Origin: Verrucomicrobiota bacterium | Lineage (GTDB): Bacteria; Verrucomicrobiota; Verrucomicrobiia; Opitutales; Opitutaceae | Direction: 5' to 3' | DNA: 64,000 nt | NCBI GenBank assembly: GCA_023446735.1 | Contig: JAEXPQ010000150.1 | Span: 22,257 to 86,256 of the forward strand | In this document: positions 47,205-56,522 of the stretch, one piece after another | How the letters are laid out: each line of letters opens with the position of its first letter | How positions within the stretch are numbered: position 1 is the stretch's first letter | Translations under genes and position numbers: made by a program | Notes under the pieces: generated by a model | The model's input: only the letters and a program-made list of their open reading frames with translations | The model's database searches: none | Told to the model about the DNA's origin: nothing

Positions 47205-47240
47205 GCGCCGGAGATTGCTCTCCGGCGCTTTTTTGTTTTC
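47205..47240 (+). terminator. rho-independent terminator after first TonB-dependent receptor
   Basis: GCGCCGGAGA-TTGC-TCTCCGGCGC (10-bp stem, 47205-47228) followed by TTTTTTGTTTT. Confidence 0.8.
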
Positions 47241-47262
47241 ATCCTGTCGATACTTGACCCCC

Positions 47263-49278
47263 ATGAAAGCGCTCCGTCTGGTCTCCCTTCTGCTCTGTCT
47301 GCCGCTCGCCCGTCTGTGGGCAGAACTGCCGCCGCCACTCCCTGTGGAGGTCTTCTTCGAGAACTCCGACATCAGCGGCCTTAGTATCTCCCCGACAGGC
47401 CGGTACTTCGCCTCCCTGCGCCCGGTCGGCGGACGGAAGCAGATCGTCGTCGTGGATCTTGAGAAGGGCACCACTGCCCGCCTCACCGACATGAAGGAGG
47501 AGAACGTGCTCGGTGTGCAGTGGCTCAAGGAGCACCGGCTGGCGTTCTTTATGCAGGTCAAGGGCCAGGAGTCCTTCGGCGTCTATGCGGTCAATGCCGA
47601 CGGCACCAATCTGACGATCGTGCGCCAAGCGACGACCGTCGATGCCAACGACCGCGTTCAGGTCCAAGGCGGGCGCGCCTCGATCCTGCACAATCTGCCG
47701 GACGATCCGAACGAGGTGATCATCGGCATGGTCCGCGGCAGCTCCGGCCTGATGGACCTCTACCGCGCCAACATTCATAAGGAGAACCGGCGCCGCATCA
47801 TCTGCCAGAATCCCGGCAAGGTACGGGACTGGGTGCTCGATTCCAAGGGGGTGCCGCGGATCGGGGTGGCCCAGGACGAACGCGCGACGGAATCGCATGT
47901 GCTCTATCGGGAAAGCGAGAAGGCCGACTGGAAGGAGATTGCCCGGTTCGGTCAGGATCAACCCTCGTGGACTCCGCTTGGTTTCGATAGCGATGACCGC
48001 ACGCTTTTCGTCTCCTCGAATATCGGTCGGGCTACCTACGCGATCTACAAGTACGACCTCGTCGCTCGCCGCCTGGGCGAAGTCGTGGTGGAGGATCCGG
48101 TCTATGATGTCGGGCGCGACGCCTACGGTTTTGACGGCGGGCTCTTGCGGCGAGGCTCAGACCGGAAGGTGATCGGCGTGAAGTACCTGGCGGATCGCGA
48201 GCGCGTGGTGTGGTTGGATCCCGAGATGGCGAAGATCCAGCAGGGGATCGACCGGGCGTTGCCGGACACGCTCAATATCGCCACCTCGTCGACCCGCGAT
48301 CTGTCCCACATGATCGTTCGCGCCTATTCCGATCGCGATCCTGGAATATACTACCTGCTGGATACAAAGAAGATGGACCTGCTGGAGTTGCTGCGGATCA
48401 ACAGCCGGGTGAAGCCGGAGCAGATGGCGTCGATGCAGCACATCGCCTACAAGGCGCGGGACGGCATGCGAATCTACGCCTATCTGACCCTGCCGGCGGG
48501 GGGGGAGCCGCGCAACCTGCCTTTGATTGTTCACCCGCACGGCGGTCCCTACGGGCCGCGCGACGAGTGGGGCTACAACTCCGATGTCCAGTTTCTGGCC
48601 AACCGCGGCTATGCCGTACTCCAGCCAAATTTCCGCGGTTCCGGGGGCTACGGCGAGGCGTACGAAAGCGCTGGCTACAAACAGTGGGGCCTCGCGATGC
48701 AGGACGATCTGACAGACGGCGTTCTGCATCTGATCGAGCAGGGGATCGTGGATCGGAACCGCGTCGGGATCTATGGCGCGAGCTATGGTGGCTACGCGGC
48801 GATGATGGCGATCATCAAGGAACCGGCTCTGTTCCGCTGCGCGATCAATTACGTCGGAGTCACGGATATCGAGATTTTGTTCGAGGGCTTCGCGGACTAC
48901 CCGCTCGTCGCCAAAGAGAGTCTGGCGCGTCGTTTCGGGCATCCGGTGCGCGACCAGGACTATATGGCGGCGAACTCGCCCGTCCGCCTCGTCGATCGCA
49001 TCCAGGCACCGGTGCTCATGGCCTATGGATTTTTTGACCCCCGGGTGAAACTCGAACACGGCGAGCGGCTGCACAACCTGATGAAGTCGAAAGGCAAGGA
49101 GGTGGAGTACATTGTTGCCGAGAACGAGGGACACGGATTCGGCAAACAGGAGAACGCAGTGTGCTTTGCCCGGAGGATCGAGGCCTTCCTTGCGCGGACG
49201 ATGACGGACCGCGCCGACTGGGGCCAGATCGGCGAATCGAAGGTGGTGGAAATGCCGGTCGGTACGCCGGTGAAGTGA
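47263..49278 (+). CDS. S9 family serine peptidase (prolyl oligopeptidase/dipeptidyl peptidase-like)
   Basis: Signal peptide MKALRLVSLLLCLPLARLWA, N-terminal beta-propeller region, nucleophile elbow IYGASYGGYAA, C-terminal ...GHGF (His). Confidence 0.88.
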   Translation: MKALRLVSLLLCLPLARLWAELPPPLPVEVFFENSDISGLSISPTGRYFASLRPVGGRKQIVVVDLEKGTTARLTDMKEENVLGVQWLKEHRLAFFMQVKGQESFGVYAVNADGTNLTIVRQATTVDANDRVQVQGGRASILHNLPDDPNEVIIGMVRGSSGLMDLYRANIHKENRRRIICQNPGKVRDWVLDSKGVPRIGVAQDERATESHVLYRESEKADWKEIARFGQDQPSWTPLGFDSDDRTLFVSSNIGRATYAIYKYDLVARRLGEVVVEDPVYDVGRDAYGFDGGLLRRGSDRKVIGVKYLADRERVVWLDPEMAKIQQGIDRALPDTLNIATSSTRDLSHMIVRAYSDRDPGIYYLLDTKKMDLLELLRINSRVKPEQMASMQHIAYKARDGMRIYAYLTLPAGGEPRNLPLIVHPHGGPYGPRDEWGYNSDVQFLANRGYAVLQPNFRGSGGYGEAYESAGYKQWGLAMQDDLTDGVLHLIEQGIVDRNRVGIYGASYGGYAAMMAIIKEPALFRCAINYVGVTDIEILFEGFADYPLVAKESLARRFGHPVRDQDYMAANSPVRLVDRIQAPVLMAYGFFDPRVKLEHGERLHNLMKSKGKEVEYIVAENEGHGFGKQENAVCFARRIEAFLARTMTDRADWGQIGESKVVEMPVGTPVK

Positions 49279-49572
49279 ACGGTTGGTATGTCTGGATCGC
49301 CTTCCATCATCTGGAAGGCGGTCCCGATGGGCTCGCTCAATCGGTAGCCACCGCCCCGCTTGCGAAGCCTCTGTGCTCGCTTGGTTCAATCCATGAGACC
49401 GTCTCGACGGTCCTCCCGTTCCCCTGCCAGCGAGGCGGGCTTGATGTTTTCACGTACCAAACCGCCGCGCGTTGCGCAAGCCGGCGGTATGCGTTGGCTG
49501 GCTCGATTCGTGCATTGCGATTGCGAATCGTTCGCGATTTCTACCGAATCCCGATCCCACATCAAAGAAACT

Positions 49573-52245
49573 ATGAACAAACCGAAAGCTCGAACCAAGG
49601 TGCTGACCCGTACCTTGAGCCACTTCGCGTGGTCATCCCTGTTGTTGACCGCTGCCCTTCAGGCGCAGACGACGCCCAGCTCTTCCGCCCCAGCCTCGGA
49701 GGTGGAGAGTGAAGACGATGGTGTCGTGATCCTCGACAAGTTCGAGGTAGTGGGTTCGCGAATCAAGCGCATCGACGCTGAGGGGCCGAATCCCGTTGTT
49801 GCCATTCACCGCACCGACCTGAACCTCGCCGGATACTCCAGCGTCGGCGAAGCCCTGCGCTCGATGCCGATCATCAGCGGCTCCTCCCTCCGGCCCGCGG
49901 CGTCGAACAACAGCTTCACCCCTGGCGCCTCGACCGTGAATATCCGCGGCTTGGGCAACAACAACGTCCTCGTCCTGCTCAATGGGCGCCGGGCGGCTCC
50001 GTTGAGCACGCCTGGTTTCGATGGCCTTCAGACAATGTTCGACCTGAACAGCGTGCCGACGGCTGCGATCGATTCGATCGAGGTTCTGAAGGACGGTGGC
50101 TCCGCGATCTACGGCTCGGACGCCGTTTCTGGTGTCATCAACATCAAGATGCGCAAGAACTTCAGCGGGGTGTCCGTCGCCGGCGAGTTCGGCAACAATG
50201 TCGGGACCGACGCATGGGAGAAATCCTTCTCGATGGTCCACGGGACGACTGCGGGAAAGACATCTTTGCTTGTCGCCCTGGACTTCAAGGCGGCCGATCG
50301 ACTCCGAGATCGCCAGTACACATTCTCGGCGAACGCCGACGCCACGGATCGCGGCGGCGACGATCTGCGCAGCTACGCCGGTTATCCGGCGATGGTGTAC
50401 GTTCCGAGTCTGGACTGGTATTACACGCTCAGCGCCCCCAAGGCCAATCCGACGCTGGCCGATTTCGTGGAGGCCGATGTGAGCCACGGTACGTACAACT
50501 TCCAGTCCGTCACCGACTTGACTCCAAAGACCCGGGACTACGGTTTCTATTCCCATCTCGATCATACCTTCAACGAGCACGTCACGGGCTTCATGGAGGT
50601 CTCCTTCCGCCGGTCGCAGTCGGAGATCGGAGCCGCCCCGAGTCCGGTCTTCAGCTATAGCGAGAACGGTACCGGACCGAACACCGGCACTTTGACAATC
50701 CCGTCGACCAATCCGAACAACCCGTTCGGCGAAGATCTCGAGGATGAGTGGTATGCCCGCCTGGTGCATGCGGGCAACCGCATCAACGACGTGACGTCCG
50801 ACACGCCGCGCGTGCTGGTGGGTGTCCGAGGTGAGATCCCCTCATCCGACACTTGGTCTTGGGAGACGGCTGCGCTGTATTCGAAGAATCGTGCCAAGAA
50901 CCTCAACCGCGGCACGGTCTTCGACGACCTCTACCAAGCGGCGTTGAACGGAGTCTCGATCGGCGGCCAGACCTTGTTCGCCAACCCCTTCGGACCGGAA
51001 GACCCCCGCGTGACCGCCACCTACGTTGGCGATAACCCGACGGGCTCCAGCTTCGTCCTCAAGGCCTGGGACTTTTCGACCAGCGGCAAGCTCTTCGATT
51101 TGCCCGCGGGTCAGCTTGGTCTGGCGCTCGGCGGCGAGGTTCGCGCTGAGGACTTCGCCAACAACCAGACGGTCCAAAACGAGACCGGCAACATCGTCGG
51201 TGGGGCCGAGGGTTCCTCGGTTTCGGGGGATCGCGAAGTTTACGCCTTCTACACCGAGTTGGCGGTTCCGATCGTGAAAAACCTCGAAGCGCAGCTGGCG
51301 GGTCGCTTCGAGCACTATTCCGACTTCGGCTCTGCAACCAAGCCGAAGGTCGCGCTCTCGTACAAGGCCGCGCCGTGGCTGCGCTTCCGGACCTCGTTCG
51401 GTCAGTCGTTCCTCGCGCCGAATCTGTCCTATCTCTACACCGAGCAGATCACGACCTTCTCCTCCTCGCCGCTGGTGGACCCCAAGCGTCCGAACGATGC
51501 GCCGCGGCAGATTCAGACCAAGTCTGGCGGCAATCCGGATCTCCAGCCCGAAGAGACGGACACCCTTTACGCCGGCTTTCAATTTGAGCCTGCCGGAGCA
51601 TTCAAAGGCCTGGCTGTCTCGGTTGATTGGTTCCAGTTCAAGCAGAAGAACCTGATCGCCCAGCTCGGCGATAGCTTCATCCTCGCTCACGAGGACGAGT
51701 TGCCGGGCAAGGTTGTGCGCAACTCGCCGGCGTCCGGTGAGACCAACGGCGTTATTAGCTACATCAACGACGCGTACGACAACTTCGACGGCCTCACGTA
51801 TCGTGGTTTTGATTTCGATGTCCGCTACGACTTCGAGACGGCCTCTTGGGGTACGTTCCGTCTCAACGCCGCCGCGACCTTCATGAGTCAGTACGCCTAC
51901 AAGGCGAGCGACGGCATCAGCCAGTTGGCGGGCGAGTACAACCAGCCCAAATGGCGTAGCACCTACTCGGTCGAGTGGCGCCGCGGCAACTGGGGTGCCG
52001 CGGTGTTCTGCGAACACGTCGGCACGTTCCGAAACTACGACGAGTCCGGCTTCATCGGAAATCAGTTCCTCGTGAATCCGCAGGTTTCCTACTCGGGCTT
52101 CGCCCGCACCAAGGTCACCGTCGGGGCGCGCAATGTGTTCGACCGCGATCCTCCCTTCGACCGCCACTCGTCGACCGCATGGAACGACAATATCCACAAT
52201 CCGCAGAAGGCGTTCGTCTACGTGCGACTCGAGCGTGAGTGGTAA
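49573..52245 (+). CDS. TonB-dependent receptor (paralog of 44175-47186)
   Basis: LDKFEVVGSRIKRIDAEGPNPV...LLNGRR...IDSIEVLKDGGSAIYGSDAVSGVINIKM and terminal ...YVRLEREW. It shares the LLTAALQ(S/A)QT signal-peptide end and the AAGAAACTATGA start context with the first receptor. Confidence 0.92.
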   Translation: MNKPKARTKVLTRTLSHFAWSSLLLTAALQAQTTPSSSAPASEVESEDDGVVILDKFEVVGSRIKRIDAEGPNPVVAIHRTDLNLAGYSSVGEALRSMPIISGSSLRPAASNNSFTPGASTVNIRGLGNNNVLVLLNGRRAAPLSTPGFDGLQTMFDLNSVPTAAIDSIEVLKDGGSAIYGSDAVSGVINIKMRKNFSGVSVAGEFGNNVGTDAWEKSFSMVHGTTAGKTSLLVALDFKAADRLRDRQYTFSANADATDRGGDDLRSYAGYPAMVYVPSLDWYYTLSAPKANPTLADFVEADVSHGTYNFQSVTDLTPKTRDYGFYSHLDHTFNEHVTGFMEVSFRRSQSEIGAAPSPVFSYSENGTGPNTGTLTIPSTNPNNPFGEDLEDEWYARLVHAGNRINDVTSDTPRVLVGVRGEIPSSDTWSWETAALYSKNRAKNLNRGTVFDDLYQAALNGVSIGGQTLFANPFGPEDPRVTATYVGDNPTGSSFVLKAWDFSTSGKLFDLPAGQLGLALGGEVRAEDFANNQTVQNETGNIVGGAEGSSVSGDREVYAFYTELAVPIVKNLEAQLAGRFEHYSDFGSATKPKVALSYKAAPWLRFRTSFGQSFLAPNLSYLYTEQITTFSSSPLVDPKRPNDAPRQIQTKSGGNPDLQPEETDTLYAGFQFEPAGAFKGLAVSVDWFQFKQKNLIAQLGDSFILAHEDELPGKVVRNSPASGETNGVISYINDAYDNFDGLTYRGFDFDVRYDFETASWGTFRLNAAATFMSQYAYKASDGISQLAGEYNQPKWRSTYSVEWRRGNWGAAVFCEHVGTFRNYDESGFIGNQFLVNPQVSYSGFARTKVTVGARNVFDRDPPFDRHSSTAWNDNIHNPQKAFVYVRLEREW

Positions 52246-52326
52246 GTCCCGTCAGTTCGCCGGATCCCGCGCTACCGCCCGGTTTCCCGGGCGGTGTATG
52301 AACGGGGGGCGGTAGTGAGATCTCAC

Positions 52327-52352
52327 AAGGCCCGGTCGAAAGACCGGGCCTT
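52327..52352 (+). terminator. strong hairpin downstream of second receptor (possible terminator, no T-tract)
   Basis: AAGGCCCGGTC-GAAA-GACCGGGCCTT, an 11-bp perfect stem with a GAAA tetraloop. Confidence 0.45.
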
Positions 52353-52504
52353 GCTGTGGGCGGAGGCCGCGAACGAAGTTGGGGCGGTTTGAGAGCCGAT
52401 CCCACCGGCCGCAAACGCCACCGCGGCTTCTTGTACTGCGGGGAAAGATAGGAGCTCTGGTGGTTGTCGCTTACACGCCAGGTCGTCATCGTCCCAAAAC
52501 CGGG

Positions 52505-54497
52505 GTTAGCCCGACTTCCGCAACTGGCGGGGTCGGGAAACGCAAGTCGTTGATCCAGCGCCCGACCATGGCAAAGGTCGGGACTACACAGGCCTGCGCG
52601 CCGGACCGATCTTTGGCGGGGGTTGCGCGGGGAGCGAGCGGCCGAGCCGGTCGAGCAGGAGCGCGATGTCGTGGTCGGGTTCGGTGCGGCGGCGCAGGAG
52701 CAGCTCGCGGCCGTCGGTGGTGGGGATGATCACGTCGAGCATCTGCAGGCCGGCGAGTTTCTCGAGGACCACGCGCGGCATCAGGCCCGGGGCGAGCGGG
52801 CGCAGCTGTTGGCGCAGGGTGATGGACAAGCAGTACGCCAGGAAGGCGACGAAGAGGTGCGCCTCGATGCGCTCGGGCTTGTGATGGAAGATCGGACGCA
52901 GCCCCAGGTCGCCCTTGAGGGTGCGGAAGGCTTCCTCGACGTGGCACAGCTGCATGTAGCAACGCCAGACCAACGCAGGGTCGTCGGCGCCCAGGTTGGT
53001 GCGCAGCAGGTAGCGGCCCTCGCGGCAATGGGCCCGCCACAGCGCGGCACGATCGAGCTGGTAATCGAGGGCGCCGGTGGCGGCGACCTCGACCTTCACC
53101 AGACCGGTGACGACGCGTCCGGCGGCGTGCTGCGCGGCGCCGAGCTTCTTGAGCAACGTGTCGCGGTCGGGCTCTTGTTTCTTCAGTTCGCCCAAACGTT
53201 TCCAGTACGCCCGCAGCAGCCGGCGGCGCATGCCGCGCTCCTTGCCGATGCGCGCGCCGCTTTCGGCCAGCACGTAGAGTTCGCCCTCCTGCGGGAGCAG
53301 TTTCACGCGCAGCCGCTCGCGGACCTCGCTCCAGGGCAGTGCGGCGAGCTCGGCCTCCAGCTTGGTCAAGCGCCCCTTGGGCGTACCGACCAGATAGCGC
53401 ACCTGCGGATCGGCCGCGCGCAGTTCGGCAAGGACCTTCTCGGTGGGGATGCCGCGGTCCATGACCCAGATCCGTTCGGCCTGGCCGTAGCGGCGCTGGA
53501 TCGTGGCGAGCATGTCGCGCAGCGTGGTTTTGTCGGCGGTGTTGCCGGGCAGCATCTCGTAAGCCAAGGGCAGCCCGTCGGGGGTGACCACCAGCGCCAC
53601 CACGACCTGGACACAGTCGCCGCGCTTGTCGCGGCTGTAGCCGAAGCGCCGCGGATCGTCGGGGTCGGCGGGCACGGCGCACTCGAAGTAGGTGCTGGTC
53701 AGGTCGTAGAGCAGCACCTCGAACTTCGCCGCGAACAGGTCGCTCCAGCGCGCGCGCAGATGCCCGAAGAGCTCCTCCTTGTGCGGCAGCAAGAGGTCGA
53801 GGCAGCGGTAGAGCGTGTCGTCCTGCGCCGCACGCTCGTCGACCCCCAGCAGGTCGGGCAACGCGGTCGTGCCGAACCAATGCCGGTGCAGCCGCCACTC
53901 GCTGCCCGGCGCGAGCAGCCGGTAGATCGTCAGGATGCGCAGGATCTTCTCCCAATCCGTGCCCTCGCGGCCCAGGGGCAGACGCGCGCCGAAGAAGTCG
54001 TCCAAATGCAGCGTGCGCCAGAGTTCGTCGGCCAGCCAACACGCGCCCCACTGCCGGGGCTGCTCCAGCCGCAGTCGGTCGAGACGGACCTGCACCGCGT
54101 CGGCCCCGTCGGGCGGGAGCCGGTCGGCCGGGAAGAGCGCGAGCTGGCGCGATTGCCCGCTGTCCTCGTCGAAGACGCGGATGCTGCGCTGCCACGCCTC
54201 CCGCTGGCTGTCGTTGATCTCGCCCAGGTAGAGCACGTGGCGATGCGCCACCTTCCCGTCGCTATACCGACGGCTCTCCACCACCGACCAGGAGCGGTGC
54301 TCTTTGCCGTCCTTCTTGCGGATACGACACTTCAGGAACACGCCCGCAGTTTACCAGCCCGCCACCGGCGTGGATAGAGGGCAGGTCGGGACTACATGCA
54401 CTTTGGCAAAGTGCGATCACGCCCAGCCAACGACTTGCGCGCGCCAATCCCCCGAAAATACCCGGAAATCGCCGCCAGTTGCGGAAGTCGGGTTAGC
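52505..54497 (-). mobile_element. IS1634-family insertion sequence (~2.0 kb) with 26-bp imperfect terminal inverted repeats
   Basis: Left end GTTAGCCCGACTTCCGCAACTGGCGG (52505-52530). Reverse complement of the right end (54472-54497) is GCTAACCCGACTTCCGCAACTGGCGG, a 24/26 match. A second subterminal inverted match CGCAAGTCGTTG lies at both ends. It carries a single long transposase ORF. Confidence 0.85.
52584..54341 (-). CDS. IS1634-family (IS4 superfamily) DDE transposase
   Basis: 585 aa, uninterrupted. N-terminus MFLKCRIRKKDGKEHRSWSVVESRRYSDGKVAHRHVLYLGEINDSQREAW is the characteristic opening of this transposase family as I recall it. Confidence 0.85.
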   Translation of the reverse strand: MFLKCRIRKKDGKEHRSWSVVESRRYSDGKVAHRHVLYLGEINDSQREAWQRSIRVFDEDSGQSRQLALFPADRLPPDGADAVQVRLDRLRLEQPRQWGACWLADELWRTLHLDDFFGARLPLGREGTDWEKILRILTIYRLLAPGSEWRLHRHWFGTTALPDLLGVDERAAQDDTLYRCLDLLLPHKEELFGHLRARWSDLFAAKFEVLLYDLTSTYFECAVPADPDDPRRFGYSRDKRGDCVQVVVALVVTPDGLPLAYEMLPGNTADKTTLRDMLATIQRRYGQAERIWVMDRGIPTEKVLAELRAADPQVRYLVGTPKGRLTKLEAELAALPWSEVRERLRVKLLPQEGELYVLAESGARIGKERGMRRRLLRAYWKRLGELKKQEPDRDTLLKKLGAAQHAAGRVVTGLVKVEVAATGALDYQLDRAALWRAHCREGRYLLRTNLGADDPALVWRCYMQLCHVEEAFRTLKGDLGLRPIFHHKPERIEAHLFVAFLAYCLSITLRQQLRPLAPGLMPRVVLEKLAGLQMLDVIIPTTDGRELLLRRRTEPDHDIALLLDRLGRSLPAQPPPKIGPARRPV

Positions 54498-54586
54498 TGG
54501 GAGGTTGATGAGGGCAACCGGCAACGACAAACCGATCTCCTTGGGGAGCGTTGATTGTCGGTAAGCGGGGCAATGCGATGAGGTAT

Positions 54587-55192
54587 CTATCCCCCCCCCG
54601 CGACAGTCATCGCTCCCTGCCGCGTGGATTGATGGGTGTCGTTGCGGCGCTGCTCGTCCTTGAAGTCCATCCACGCGTTGCCCCGCCCTGCCCCTGCTGG
54701 TCGTTCTTGGGCCGGAAGCTCTTCAACGAAGCCCACGCCTCGATCAACGTGCCATCGACGCTGAAGTGCTCGTCGGAGATCCAGCCATGTGAGGTAGGCC
54801 AACTCGACGACCTCGGCGAAGAACAGGTCGGCCACGGCGAGGGAGATCAGGCGCCCCTAGTTCTTGCTGAAGACCGAGGCGTCGAAGACGGCCTGCTCCA
54901 AGGGCGGGTCGATGAACCAGCGGAACAGCAGGTCGGTCTGCAGCCGCGCGCACAGCTGCTGGTCCGAACGCACCGTGTAGAGTGCCTGCAGTACCTTTGC
55001 CCTCAATAGGGGATCCGGCGGGTTCCAGGGTGCGCCGTCCTCCGCGTCGATCTCGTCGAAGTGCGCATCCATCTCCCGCAGCACCTCGTCGCACATCCGC
55101 TTGATCGCTCGGATCGGATGATCGGCGGCGATCAACGTCTCCACGTTGATCAGACTCACGAAACTGGGCTGGACGGGACGATGGCCTCGCAT
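54587..55192 (-). pseudogene. IS5/IS1182-like transposase remnant (N-terminal half, stop + frameshifts)
   Basis: DHPIRAIKRMCDEVLREMDAHFDEI...LLRAKVLQALYTVRSDQQLCARLQTDLLFRWFI...VFSKN is an InsH/DUF772-type N-terminal domain ending at an in-frame TAG (54857-54859). The continuation (...SDEHFSVDGTLIEAWASLKSFRPK..., ...DFKDEQRRNDTHQST) is only readable by switching frames. A C9 run lies at 54591-54599. The gene is cut off at the IS1634 right end. Confidence 0.75.
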
Positions 55193-55437
55193 GGTGACTC
55201 CAAAAACCAAGAACACGCAGTTTCGTTCAATCAATCTCGGACTTTCCCAGCAGCCTGCTAAGCAGCAACTCGTTGATAGCCATTTTACGGGTGAGCGGAG
55301 AAAAAGTGTTGATGAAAAGGTGTTGTTCGGAAGCGTTTTTTTCTAACGCGGATTCGGCCCACACGGATTAGAGCGTAGTCAATAACCAGAAACTTACTTC
55401 AGGGAAAACCTGAGTTGGTGGCTGCTGCCTGTTCGTA

Positions 55438-56319
55438 GTGTGTAAAATGCGCAAGTACCCAAGCTTGGAATCTGACCTGCCGGAGTGGTTCCATCCATTT
55501 CGGCCACCTCGAAACTTCTCATGCATGAGAAAGGCTGTACCGAAGCGAACAGCAGAACACCCCGTAGATGGAGGATTGATCGTCGCTTCTAGTGCCCTTG
55601 TTCGACAAGAGTTAAGGGCGGGAGTTTGTGCAGTTGTGAAGAGTGCCCCTGTGCGTGTCGTCCAAAGGGGGGAGTGTGCGCTCGTCACTCTACTGGAAAA
55701 GCAGGTCAACATCCTTGTGATTGGTCTGTCACTTCCCGACTGGGATGGGATCGACGTCGCATTGGCTGCGCAACGTATTGGTGCGGCCCGGCAGATTGTG
55801 CTGTGTGTGGACCGTTCGTGCGAGCGGGACTTTGATCTGCTGCATGTAAGTGAAAGCACGCTACTCTCGAGTTCTTGTGTTTATCCGGGGTACTGGCTTA
55901 GGCAGGAGGTCGTGTTTGCGACGGGTTTGGGCCGTAGCAGTGGTCGGCACGTGAGTGCGGATCTCCAGAGAGATTGGCGTCGACGTAGGGTTGAACGGCG
56001 GTCCTATCTTCACCGATTAACACCCGCCCAGGTGCGTTTTCTGGCGTTCGCAGGCGGCGGCCTCGGGGATAAAGAAGTTTCTGACCATTTTAGGATCAGC
56101 GTGCATACAGCGCGCGCACACCGTAAAGATGTCATGAGAAAGTTAGACCTTCACTCTCATGCGGAAATGATTCGCTACGCGTCCATCTGCGGGCTGGTGC
56201 GTTTCACTGAAGAGCGCGTTCTGCGCCCGGGGTTCGATGTTGACCAACTTATGGCTTCAGCGGCAAAGCAAATAGCTCTTCGCGCAAAGAAGTGTCCTTT
56301 AGTTGCACCGTCGGTTTGA
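55438..56319 (+). CDS. LuxR/GerE-type HTH transcription regulator with degenerate receiver-like N-domain
   Basis: C-terminal LTPAQVRFLAFAGGGLGDKEVSDHFRISVHTARAHRKDVMRKLDLHSHAEMIRYA is a GerE-type HTH. The N-terminal domain has receiver-like beta/alpha spacing, but the acidic pocket is replaced (LIVASSALV instead of DD; ILVIGLSLPDWDG instead of D). The start is uncertain (ATG 55438 or internal MRKAV). Confidence 0.75.
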   Translation: MCKMRKYPSLESDLPEWFHPFRPPRNFSCMRKAVPKRTAEHPVDGGLIVASSALVRQELRAGVCAVVKSAPVRVVQRGECALVTLLEKQVNILVIGLSLPDWDGIDVALAAQRIGAARQIVLCVDRSCERDFDLLHVSESTLLSSSCVYPGYWLRQEVVFATGLGRSSGRHVSADLQRDWRRRRVERRSYLHRLTPAQVRFLAFAGGGLGDKEVSDHFRISVHTARAHRKDVMRKLDLHSHAEMIRYASICGLVRFTEERVLRPGFDVDQLMASAAKQIALRAKKCPLVAPSV

Positions 56320-56420
56320 ATGCCGGCCCCTCCCCCTCTTGGCGACCGATCTCTATGCTCTACGAAGCTTGTTCGGAGAAGCCGAGAAAACCATTCCCAC
56401 TCTGTGCGTAGCCCCAAAAC

Positions 56421-56429
56421 GGGGGGGGG
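56421..56429. repeat. G9 homopolymer in regulator-adaptor intergenic region
   Basis: ccaaaac-GGGGGGGGG-caag, 94 nt upstream of the HlyD-type gene ATG, in a locally ~50% GC context. Confidence 0.9.
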
Positions 56430-56522
56430 CAAGTTTGGTTCGTGGATCCCCTAGCTCAAATTGGGGTATTCGGTGGAATTGTGGGCGAACGGGTGGAGGT
56501 ATGAGAATCAGATAAAGTCGGA

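Noticed and set aside
52115-52489. 124-aa minus-strand ORF left of the IS1634 element as the missing C-terminal half of the IS5-like transposase
   Set aside because: None of the three minus-strand frames shows the expected DDE-region motifs of IS5/IS1182 transposases. The ORF also overlaps the 3' end of the receptor gene. I cannot support the link.
52486-54377. Two further long ORFs (569 aa minus, 584 aa plus) inside the IS1634 element
   Set aside because: Both are alternative-frame or antisense shadows of the 585-aa transposase ORF and are Arg/Pro/Ala-rich. Only the 52584-54341 frame has a transposase-like sequence.
52495-54507. Target-site duplication flanking the IS1634 element
   Set aside because: The flanks (…aaaaccgggg | … | tgggaggttg…) share no convincing direct repeat of 4 bp or more. 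Either the ends are off by a few bases or the original flanks were lost by rearrangement.
56494-56513. GGAGGT followed directly by a 4-codon mini-ORF (ATG AGA ATC AGA TAA) upstream of the adaptor gene as a leader peptide
   Set aside because: The SD-to-ATG spacing is essentially zero and the ORF is too short to evaluate. It is probably fortuitous.
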